Part shown: piece after piece, positions 39,959-48,289 of the stretch
Layout: each line of letters begins with the position of its first letter
How positions within the stretch are numbered: position 1 is the first letter of the stretch
From: Alphaproteobacteria bacterium
GTDB taxonomy: Bacteria; Pseudomonadota; Alphaproteobacteria; UBA828
NCBI GenBank assembly: GCA_965221125.1
Contig: CBDCRW010000004.1
Coordinates: forward strand, 128,001 to 192,000
Length of the DNA: 64,000 bases
Direction: 5' to 3'
Notes under the pieces: model-generated
The model's input: the letters and a program-made list of their open reading frames with translations, nothing else
Databases searched by the model: none
Told to the model about the DNA's origin: nothing
Made by a program: the position numbers and the translations under genes

Positions 39959-41092
39959 CTAGATGTCCCGATACCTGACGGGGATGCGCTGGCCCGAGCC
40001 CCATGACTCGATCATGTGATCGACGACTTCCGCCACGCGGTAGCCGTCCCGGAAGGTCGCGGCGAGGGGGGAGACCTCGTGCCGGCCGATCACCGCGCCG
40101 ATGAAGTGGTGGACCTGGTGCACGAAGCACTCGACCCAGCCGATGGGGTGGCTGCCCTGCACGCCGCCGTCCCACCAGAAGTCGGCCAAGGGGTGCTCCG
40201 GCTTGATGACCTGGATGGTCCGAAAACCCTGGTCGCGGCCCTCGGCGATCTGCAGCTCGTTGAGCTTGCCGACCTGGTAGCGGAGCGAGCCGCCGCTGCA
40301 GTCCACCTCGATGCTGCCGAAGTGGCCGTAGCCGGCGGCGACGCGGGACGCCTGGATGGTGCCGACCATGCCGTTCTCGAAGGTGACGATGGAGGCGAAG
40401 GCGTCGTCGACCTCGACCCGGTGACCCTCGACCTCGGGCACGTTGACCCGGGCGATGGCCATGACCTCGTCGATCTCGCCGACGAGGTAGCGCGCCGTGT
40501 CGATGTGGTGCGAGCCGAGATCGCCGAAGGTGCCGGTGCCGGCCACCGCCTTGTCGAGACGCCAGGCCATGGGCAGGTCCGGCCGCAGGTAGTCGGACAT
40601 CAGGTAGCAGGAGCGGAAGTGGATGGGCTCGCCCAGCGTGCCGCCTCGGATCAGCTCGCGCATGTAGCGGATCGCCGGGATGAAGCGGTGGATGAACGCG
40701 GCCTGGTGGACGATCCCGGCGCCCTCGGCCGCGCGCCACATCTCGTAGGAGGCATCGGCGTCGTGGGCGAGCGGCTTCTCGCACAGCACCGGGATACCGC
40801 GCCGCGCCGCCTCCACCGTCGGCTCCCTATGGAGGTTGTTGGGCGCCGCGTTGACGAAGATGTCGATCCCGGCGCCGTCCAACATCGCCCGCCAGTCGTC
40901 GCCCGTCTCCTCGTAGCCGAAGCGGTCCTGCACCTCATCGCGGGTGGCCTCGTCGAGGTCGACGATCCGCTTCAGCCGGATCGCGACGGGGAGCCGGTTC
41001 TTGACCAGCTTCTGCATGGCGAACGAATAGGAATGGAACGAGCCGATGAAGCCTGCTCCCAAGGTTCCGACGACGAGTTCGCGATTGGACAT
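39959..41092 (-). CDS. Gfo/Idh/MocA family oxidoreductase
   Basis: GAGFIG, PNNLH, CEKPL, GDLGSHHID. Confidence 0.9.
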   Translation of the reverse strand: MSNRELVVGTLGAGFIGSFHSYSFAMQKLVKNRLPVAIRLKRIVDLDEATRDEVQDRFGYEETGDDWRAMLDGAGIDIFVNAAPNNLHREPTVEAARRGIPVLCEKPLAHDADASYEMWRAAEGAGIVHQAAFIHRFIPAIRYMRELIRGGTLGEPIHFRSCYLMSDYLRPDLPMAWRLDKAVAGTGTFGDLGSHHIDTARYLVGEIDEVMAIARVNVPEVEGHRVEVDDAFASIVTFENGMVGTIQASRVAAGYGHFGSIEVDCSGGSLRYQVGKLNELQIAEGRDQGFRTIQVIKPEHPLADFWWDGGVQGSHPIGWVECFVHQVHHFIGAVIGRHEVSPLAATFRDGYRVAEVVDHMIESWGSGQRIPVRYRDI

Positions 41093-41166
41093 CCGCTCCG
41101 ACTCCTTCCAGTGCTCAGGCAACGGTTCTCCCCGGCCCGGAGCCGGGTAGCGGTGTAGTGTTGCGC

Positions 41167-42336
41167 TCAGAACTCCGCCACGTCGACCCAGCGGCGGGTC
41201 CGCGACGATTCCACGCAGGCGTCGACGATCTGCATGATCTTCCAGCCGTCGCGGAAGGTGGGCCAGGCGGGCGTGCCGCTCGCCACCGCCTCCATCAGCT
41301 CGCGGATCTCGATCGCCTTGTACTCGTTGTAGCCGAGGCCGAAGTTCGCCACCGGGTAGAAGGCGCCGTAGCGCCCGTGCTCCGGGCTGGCGTCGATCGA
41401 CTTGAAGCCCTGGTCGCCGGGCGGATCGCCGACGCGGTAGACCTGGATGCGGTTCACGTGGTCGTAGTTGAAGCGGAGCGCGCCCTTGGTCCCGTAAAGC
41501 TCGTAGTTCTGGGCGTGCTTCTGCCCGGTGGCGACCCGGCTCACGTCGATGGTTCCCATGCCGCCGCCCGCGAAGCGGCAGAGCAGGGTCACGATGTCGT
41601 CGGTGGTCACCTCCTTGCGGGGCGCGTCGTCGGAAACCTTCTGCTGCGCGCCGTAGTTGAAGCCCTCCAGCACCGGCCGCGACCTGGTGACGATCTCCAT
41701 GTCCGCCACCAGGCTCTCGACGTCGCCGATGAGGTACTGGGCAAGGCTGAAGATGTGGGAGGCGATGTCGCCCACCGCGCCGGTCCCCGCCTCCTCCTTA
41801 TCGCAGCGCCACATGAAGGGGATGTCCGGGTCGGCCAGGAAGTCGACGTGCATGGAGGCGCGGAAGTGGACGATGCGGCCGATCTCGCCCCGCTGGATGA
41901 AGTCGCGCGCGATGCCGTGCGCCGGGTTGCGGGGGAAGTTGTGGCCGATCATGGTGACGACGCCTTGCGCGTCCGCCGCATCGGCGAGGGTCTTCGATTC
42001 AGCCGCCATCATCGTGAGCGGCTTCTCGCAGTAGACGTGCTTTCCCGCCTCGATCGCGGCGAGCGCCACCTCGAAGTGCATGTTGTTGGGGAGGCAGATG
42101 TCGACCAGGTCCACGGCGGGGTCCGCGATCGCGGCCCGCCAGTCGGTGCCGCTGCCGTGGGCCTCGTAGCGGGTTGCGAGGCCGCGCGCGACGTCGGCGT
42201 CGACGTCGGTCACGCTGTGCAGGACCGGCACCGCCGGCTCGCTGCCGAATATCACCTTCTGGATGCGGTAGCCCATGGTGTGTGCCTGGCCCATCCAGCC
42301 GGCGGCCCCGACGATGGCAACGCGAATCTCCCTCAT
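41167..42336 (-). CDS. Gfo/Idh/MocA family oxidoreductase
   Basis: GAAGWMG, PNNMH, HVYCEKPL, GDIASH. Confidence 0.9.
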   Translation of the reverse strand: MREIRVAIVGAAGWMGQAHTMGYRIQKVIFGSEPAVPVLHSVTDVDADVARGLATRYEAHGSGTDWRAAIADPAVDLVDICLPNNMHFEVALAAIEAGKHVYCEKPLTMMAAESKTLADAADAQGVVTMIGHNFPRNPAHGIARDFIQRGEIGRIVHFRASMHVDFLADPDIPFMWRCDKEEAGTGAVGDIASHIFSLAQYLIGDVESLVADMEIVTRSRPVLEGFNYGAQQKVSDDAPRKEVTTDDIVTLLCRFAGGGMGTIDVSRVATGQKHAQNYELYGTKGALRFNYDHVNRIQVYRVGDPPGDQGFKSIDASPEHGRYGAFYPVANFGLGYNEYKAIEIRELMEAVASGTPAWPTFRDGWKIMQIVDACVESSRTRRWVDVAEF

Positions 42337-42353
42337 GGCGGACTGCTCCTCGT

Positions 42354-43448
42354 TCAACGAATGGCGTTCCCCGTCTCGGGGTCGAATAGGTGGGCTTGTT
42401 CGGCGTCGATGGCGAGGCTCACGCGCTCGCCCGTCCTGAATTTTTGGCGCGTATCCACGCGGGCCGCGATCTGGTTGCCCTCGAGGTCGAGGCCGATCAG
42501 CGCCTCGCCCCCCATGGGCTCGACGAAGACGATATCGACGGCGGGGTCCGTGCGCGACGCATCGTCGCCGTCGCGGCGCAGCTCGCAGTGCTCCGGCCGG
42601 ATGCCGAGGAGGACGCCGCTCGCCGCAGAACCGAGCGCGGCCTGAGGGACGGCATGCAGCGGAAGCGACTGGGCGCCCACGGCGAAGCCGGGTACGCCGT
42701 CCCGCACCTCGATGCGGCCGGGAACGAAGTTCATGGCGGGGCTGCCGATGAAGCCCGCGACGAAGCGGTTCTTCGGCGCGCCGTAGAGATCGTCCGCCGT
42801 CCCGATCTGCTCCAGAATGCCGTCTCTCAGCACCGCGATGCGCGTCCCCATGGTCAGCGCCTCCACCTGGTCGTGGGTCACGTAGACGATGGTGGTGGCG
42901 AGCTGCTCGTGCAGCTTGATGAGCTCCGCCCGCATGGTCACGCGAAGCTGGGCGTCGAGGTTGGACAGCGGCTCGTCCATGAGGAACACGGCCGGCTCGC
43001 GCACGATCGCGCGCCCGAGTGCCACGCGCTGGCGCTGCCCGCCGGAGAGGTGGCGCGGCGGCCGCTGCAGCAGGTCCGTGATCTCCAGCAGCTCGGCCAC
43101 GCCCTGCACGCGCCGGTGGATGTCGGCCCTGGGCACGCGGCGGTTGCGAAGGCCGAAGGCGAGGTTCTCGTAGACGGACTTGTGCGGGTAGAGCGCGTAG
43201 GACTGGAACACCATGGCGATGTCGCGGTCGCGGGGCGGCAGGTCGTTCACCACGCGGTCGCCGATCATGATCTGGCCTTCGGTGGCCTCCTCGAGGCCGG
43301 CCAGCATCCTGAGCGTGGTGGACTTGCCGCAGCCGGAGGGGCCGACGAGCACCAAAAACTCCTTGTCGGCGATCTCAAGATCGAGCCGGTCCACCGCGGT
43401 CACGTCGCCGAAGCGCTTGGTCACCGATTGGAAGGTCACACTTGCCAT
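42354..43448 (-). CDS. Carbohydrate ABC ATPase (MalK/UgpC type)
   Basis: GPSGCGKST, VFQSYALYPH, LSGGQRQR, DEPLSNLD, TOBE domain. Confidence 0.95.
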   Translation of the reverse strand: MASVTFQSVTKRFGDVTAVDRLDLEIADKEFLVLVGPSGCGKSTTLRMLAGLEEATEGQIMIGDRVVNDLPPRDRDIAMVFQSYALYPHKSVYENLAFGLRNRRVPRADIHRRVQGVAELLEITDLLQRPPRHLSGGQRQRVALGRAIVREPAVFLMDEPLSNLDAQLRVTMRAELIKLHEQLATTIVYVTHDQVEALTMGTRIAVLRDGILEQIGTADDLYGAPKNRFVAGFIGSPAMNFVPGRIEVRDGVPGFAVGAQSLPLHAVPQAALGSAASGVLLGIRPEHCELRRDGDDASRTDPAVDIVFVEPMGGEALIGLDLEGNQIAARVDTRQKFRTGERVSLAIDAEQAHLFDPETGNAIR

Positions 43449-43469
43449 GAACGAGACCTCGTGCCCGGT

Positions 43470-44315
43470 TCAGCCCTTGACGCTGCCCGCTGACAGCCCC
43501 CGCACGATCCAGCGCTGGGCGGCGAGCCCGACGAGGATCATCGGGACCACCGCGATCATCGCGAGCGTGGCCATGATCCACCAGTAGGAGCCGAGTTCAG
43601 TCGCCTGGCCGGCGATCATGACGGGCAGCGTCTGCGAGCGCCGGAAGGTCAGCACCAGGGCGAACAGGAACTCGTTCCAGGCGAAGATGAGGCAGATGAT
43701 GAAGCTCGCGACGATGCCGGGCGCAGCCAGCGGCAGCGCGACCTTCCAGAACACGGAGAGGCGGCTGCAGCCGTCGACGAGCGCGCTCTCCTCGATCTCG
43801 ACGGGGACGGCGCGGAAGGCGTCGCGCATGATCCACACCGCGAGCGGCAGGTTGAAGAGCGTGTAGGCGAGCGCGAGCGACCAGGGATTATCGAGAAGCC
43901 CGAGGAAGCGGTACATCATCAGGAAGGGGAAGACGATCACCACCGGCGGCAGCATGCGCTGCGAGATGAAGAAGAACGCGATGTCGTCGTTCTTGAGCGG
44001 CCCGAAGCGGAAGCGGGTCAGCGCGTAGCCGGCGAGCGCGCCCAGGATGGTCGCCGCGACCGCGCTTGCCGTCGCCGATATCACCGAGTTCTCGAACGCG
44101 TTCACGAGCTGCGAGCGGTACTGCGTCAGCACGGTGCGAAAGGCGTCGAGCGTGGGCTCGAACTCGAGCCAGGGGATGTACTTCGGCGTGGGGAAGATCG
44201 CGCCCTGCGTCTTGAACGCGGTCGAGAACATCCAGAGCAGCGGCAGCACCACGACCGCAGTCCAGACGATGAGAACCGCCCGGGTGAGGATTCGCGTGCG
44301 CCGCCTGCGCGCCAT
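43470..44315 (-). CDS. Carbohydrate ABC permease
   Basis: EIEESALVDG EAA loop, FAWNEFL. Confidence 0.92.
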   Translation of the reverse strand: MARRRRTRILTRAVLIVWTAVVVLPLLWMFSTAFKTQGAIFPTPKYIPWLEFEPTLDAFRTVLTQYRSQLVNAFENSVISATASAVAATILGALAGYALTRFRFGPLKNDDIAFFFISQRMLPPVVIVFPFLMMYRFLGLLDNPWSLALAYTLFNLPLAVWIMRDAFRAVPVEIEESALVDGCSRLSVFWKVALPLAAPGIVASFIICLIFAWNEFLFALVLTFRRSQTLPVMIAGQATELGSYWWIMATLAMIAVVPMILVGLAAQRWIVRGLSAGSVKG

Positions 44316-44321
44316 GCCGGA

Positions 44322-45236
44322 CTACGCCGTCGACCGCGCGATCGCGCGCCGCAGGATGAGGAGGAAGATCGTGGTCGCGACGAGGGCGAAGCCCAGCAGG
44401 GAGAACGCCACCGCCGAGGCGTAGCCCAGATCGAAGTGCACGACGCCGATGCGATACGCGAAGAGCGTCAGCGATTCGGTCGCGATCCCCGGGCCGCCGT
44501 TGGTCAGCACGACGATTACGTCCACGATCTTGAGCATCTCGACGGAGCGGATCAGCACCGCCGTCACGCTCCACGGCAGCAGCAGCGGGAAGGTGACGCG
44601 CCAGAACGCCTGCCAGTCGGAGCGCGTGTCGATGCGGCCCGCCTCGACCACCTCCTCCGGCACGCTCTGAAGGCCGGCGAGCAGGATGAGGGTCATGAAG
44701 GGCGTCCACTGCCAGACGTCCACCATGATGACCGTGAGCAGGGCGAGGAAGCTGTCGGTGAGCCAGGGCACCGGCTCCAGGCCTGCGGCCACGATGGCCT
44801 GGTTGATGGGGCCGAGCGCCTCGTTGAACATCACCCGGCCGACGATGAAGGAGATCGCGACCGGGCTCAGCATCATCGGGAGCAGGAACAGCAGGCGGAA
44901 GAACGCCTTGGCCTTGAGCTCCTCGTTCAGCACCACAGCGAGGAGCAGCCCGAGGCCGTACTGGATGGGCACGCCGATGACGACGTAGAGGACGGTGTTG
45001 AGCGCGACCCGATGAAAGTGGTCGTCGTGGCCGAGCCGGCTCCAGTGATCGAGGCCGGCCCAGGTGACGCCGGCGGCGGGATTGGCGACGTTCCAGTGCA
45101 CGAACGCCAGCCCGAGCGACATGACGAGGGGGAAGATTGCCATGACGATCACGAGCGTGAGCGGGGCCATCAGGAAGATGGCCGCCGCTCGCCGCTCGAG
45201 GAACCGGCTCGCGCCGTACAGAACTGCCGCCGTCAC
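44322..45236 (-). CDS. Carbohydrate ABC permease
   Basis: DVWQWTPF, EAGRID, TNGGPG. Confidence 0.92.
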   Translation of the reverse strand: MTAAVLYGASRFLERRAAAIFLMAPLTLVIVMAIFPLVMSLGLAFVHWNVANPAAGVTWAGLDHWSRLGHDDHFHRVALNTVLYVVIGVPIQYGLGLLLAVVLNEELKAKAFFRLLFLLPMMLSPVAISFIVGRVMFNEALGPINQAIVAAGLEPVPWLTDSFLALLTVIMVDVWQWTPFMTLILLAGLQSVPEEVVEAGRIDTRSDWQAFWRVTFPLLLPWSVTAVLIRSVEMLKIVDVIVVLTNGGPGIATESLTLFAYRIGVVHFDLGYASAVAFSLLGFALVATTIFLLILRRAIARSTA

Positions 45237-45278
45237 ATTTCCGCCCCCTCGCGGAGGTGTGGACGCCGGAAGGCCGGA

Positions 45279-46793
45279 TCAGCCGGCAGTGGACGCGAGG
45301 TAAAGCTCCCGCTGACGGTCACGGCCGAGGCGGTCGGTCGTGCGCTCCCACTCGTCGCTCGCGCTCTTCATGGCCGCCTCGGCCGAGATCTCGCCCGCCA
45401 TGAAGCGCGACGTCGCAGTGTCGAGCTTGTTGTAGTACTCGCCGCCGCCGGGGATGCGGAGATCAAGCACCGCGTTGGGATGCCCGATCGATTCGCCGAT
45501 GGCGCCGAGGTACTCCTCCGCATCGCGCGGGTCCATGCCGGCGTCGATCAGCGGCTGGGTGCCCGTGATGTTGCTGTTCCGCGACGGCTGGATGCCGGAA
45601 TCGGGGAACGCGACGAGGGTCGTGCTCGACTCCGGGTTGCAGAAGAACGCGACGAGATCCCACGCCGCCTCCTTGTTCTCGGCGGTCTTGGGCACGCCGA
45701 AGAGCCACGCGGTCACCGCCAGGTAGGGCGCGTGGTTGGCGCCGCCCGGCGAATCCATCCACGACTGCGACTCGCGGTCGAAGAACTGCGCGGGGCCCGG
45801 AACGAGCGCCGTGCCGCACATGCCCCGGATCGTCGAGTCCTTGCCGTAGGAGAGGGTGCCGATGTCGCCCCAGTCGGTCACCATCGCGGCCTGGCCGCCG
45901 GTGAACGCAGGGCGTGCTTCCGAGAAGCCGAAATTGATCAGCCCCGGAGGGCCGTTCTCGGAATTGCGCCGGCGGTCCTCCAGCGCCTGGATCCATCCCG
46001 CCTCGGTGAGCCTCGGCTCCATGGAGTCCGGATGGAAGAAGGCGTGCGGGTCGCCCTGCCTCTTGGAATAGCTGAGGCCCCGGCCGATGAGGAAGAACAC
46101 GCCGCCGGAGCCGCGCCCCATGGGCTCGACGAAGCCGAAGCTGTTGCCCGTGCCGGCCCAGTCGAAGGAGTTGAAGAACTCGGTGACCCGGTGGAATGCA
46201 TCCCACGTGCGGGGCACGGCCAGCGGCTCGCCGTACTTGTCCTCGTAGGCCTTCTGGTTGTCCGCGTTCTCGAACAGATCGCGGCGGTAGAAGAGGTTGT
46301 GGACGTTGCCGTCGTAGACGACGCCGCTCATCGTCCCGTCCCAGCTCATCGTGTCGCGATAGGTGGGGTAGTAGTCGTCGATGCCGATGAGGGGCAGAAT
46401 CTCGTCCGGCACCGTCTCGAGGAAGCCGCCGCCGATGAAATCGCCGGACCAGCCGCTCTGGAAGTTGACGAGATCGGAGGTGTAGGCGCCGGAGACCAGC
46501 TCGGTGCGGAGCTTCTCGAAGAACTCGCCGTGCGGATACGTCACCAGGTCGATGGTGGCGCCGGTCGCCTCTTCCCAGATGTGCCCGAAGTGCTGGATCG
46601 GCCCGCTGATGGGAGGGCCGGCCTCCGACGTGACGATGACGGTCTGGCCTTCGAACTTCTTGTCGGAGACGATCGGCAACGTGACGTCGCCGGACTGGGC
46701 CAGGGCCTTGCGGCCGGGAAGCGCCGCCAGCGCGGCGGCCGAAGCGGATGCCAACAGGAATTGACGGCGTCCAAGGGTCAGTTTTCGCAGCAT
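45279..46793 (-). CDS. Carbohydrate ABC substrate-binding protein (Tat signal)
   Basis: GRRQFLL twin-arginine signal, LFYRRDLF, P.TWD. Confidence 0.9.
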   Translation of the reverse strand: MLRKLTLGRRQFLLASASAAALAALPGRKALAQSGDVTLPIVSDKKFEGQTVIVTSEAGPPISGPIQHFGHIWEEATGATIDLVTYPHGEFFEKLRTELVSGAYTSDLVNFQSGWSGDFIGGGFLETVPDEILPLIGIDDYYPTYRDTMSWDGTMSGVVYDGNVHNLFYRRDLFENADNQKAYEDKYGEPLAVPRTWDAFHRVTEFFNSFDWAGTGNSFGFVEPMGRGSGGVFFLIGRGLSYSKRQGDPHAFFHPDSMEPRLTEAGWIQALEDRRRNSENGPPGLINFGFSEARPAFTGGQAAMVTDWGDIGTLSYGKDSTIRGMCGTALVPGPAQFFDRESQSWMDSPGGANHAPYLAVTAWLFGVPKTAENKEAAWDLVAFFCNPESSTTLVAFPDSGIQPSRNSNITGTQPLIDAGMDPRDAEEYLGAIGESIGHPNAVLDLRIPGGGEYYNKLDTATSRFMAGEISAEAAMKSASDEWERTTDRLGRDRQRELYLASTAG

Positions 46794-46958
46794 TATTTGT
46801 TCCTCTCTGCGGTATCGGACGAGGGTTCGGAGCCGATCGTACCCACCGTCCTTGGTGCGCATTCGATTGTAGCGACGGGCGAACGACTCCTGTCAAGGTT
46901 GGGCGCTTATGTGCCTGACCCAACAGTGCTCCTAAATGCGGGAAACCGCCGGAGCACG

Positions 46959-47288
46959 ATGCTGCAGTCCCTGTCCGATCGACCGGACGACAGGGCGCTT
47001 CGAACCACCATCTGCGAGGGCGTCGACGCGGTATTCCTGTCACCGCACACTGCCATCGAGAGCGACGACGACGAATTGTGGTCGATGGCGAAGAAGCTGG
47101 TCGGCGATCGCAGCGACTTGATGTCGAACATTCGCCGCACGTACCGGCAATCGGGACAGCCTCTCGACGAGGCGGCGCGCGCTCGCATCGTGGAGATCAC
47201 CAATACGGTCGAAAGATCTTCTTTCTTCTGTCCAAGTTGGTCCGGGAGTTGGACGCCTCTCCGATCCCGTCCACGTACGACCTGGTGA
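46959..47288 (+). pseudogene. Remnant resembling the helical C-terminal region of a Na/Pi-cotransporter-like protein
   Basis: Amphipathic helical text ICEGVDAVFLS...GDRSDLMSNIRR.Y...ITN.VE at the tail of a long shadow ORF. Family assignment tentative. Confidence 0.3.
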
Positions 47289-47499
47289 GCCGGCACATGC
47301 GGCCCGACCGGGCCGGTAGTGGACCATAAGGCGGATGTTCCAGACTTGTGCGGCGGTCGACCGACATTGCGGGCATCCGGCACTGAACGATCCGAAGCGA
47401 GCGGCAATCGTCCGGATGCAGAAACTGCAGTAGCCTTGTGATCCATACCCCGGCACATTCGGTGCTTACGTGCCCGGCTCGATGGGAGTGGAAAGGCTG

Positions 47500-48240
47500 A
47501 TGAGACTTCTTGCGGTTGCCTTGGTTCTGGCGCTCCTCGCGGCGGCGCCCACGCTCGCGGCCGAGAGGCTGCGCATCGCCACGACCGGCGGCTATCCGCC
47601 GTTCACCTACGTCGACGATGCCGGCGAGATCATGGGCTTCGATGTCGACATCGCGCTTGCGCTCTGCGCGGAACTCGGCGTCGAGTGCGAGGTGGTGCTG
47701 GAGGAATGGGAGCGGTTGATCCCGGAGCTGCGCGCCGGCAGCTTCGATGCCATCGCCGCCAGCATGTCGATCACCGAGGAGCGGCGCCAACTGGTGAGCT
47801 TCACGGAGCGCTACTACAGCAACGTGGTCCGCTTCGTGGCACGCGAGGGCTCCGGCTTCGACCCGGCAGACGCGGCGGGCAAGACCATCGGCGCGGCGCG
47901 TGCCACCATCGCCTCCGACTGGCTCGAAGCGAACCTGGCCGGAACGGCGACGATCGAGCTCTATAGCGGCCAGCAGGAACTCTTCGGAGACCTCGTTGCC
48001 GGTCGCCTGGATGCCATGTTCGGCGACGGCCTGGGCTCATACGCCTGGCTGCAGGGTCCCGAAGGCGCCGGTTTCGCGTTCGTCGGCGAGGGATACCGGC
48101 TCGACGAAGGGATCGGCATCGCGGTGCGCCACGAGGACGCGCCCCTTCTGCAGCGCCTGAACGGCGCACTCGAGGCCATCCTGGCGAACGGCACCTATGA
48201 GCGGATCAACGCGCGCTACTTCCCGTTCATCATCCATTAG
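47500..48240 (+). CDS. Polar amino-acid ABC substrate-binding protein (orphan)
   Basis: YPPF, GFDVDIA, SMSITEERR..V.FT..YY, NGTY..I..RYF. Confidence 0.92.
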   Translation: MRLLAVALVLALLAAAPTLAAERLRIATTGGYPPFTYVDDAGEIMGFDVDIALALCAELGVECEVVLEEWERLIPELRAGSFDAIAASMSITEERRQLVSFTERYYSNVVRFVAREGSGFDPADAAGKTIGAARATIASDWLEANLAGTATIELYSGQQELFGDLVAGRLDAMFGDGLGSYAWLQGPEGAGFAFVGEGYRLDEGIGIAVRHEDAPLLQRLNGALEAILANGTYERINARYFPFIIH

Positions 48241-48289
48241 GCTGTGGACCTATCGGCGCGCAACCGCGCCCGTCACCCTCGATACGGCC

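Noticed and set aside
44436-46958. Most of the 950-aa plus-strand ORF
   Set aside because: Antisense to ABC permease and binding-protein genes; only the last 110 or so codons look like a real remnant.
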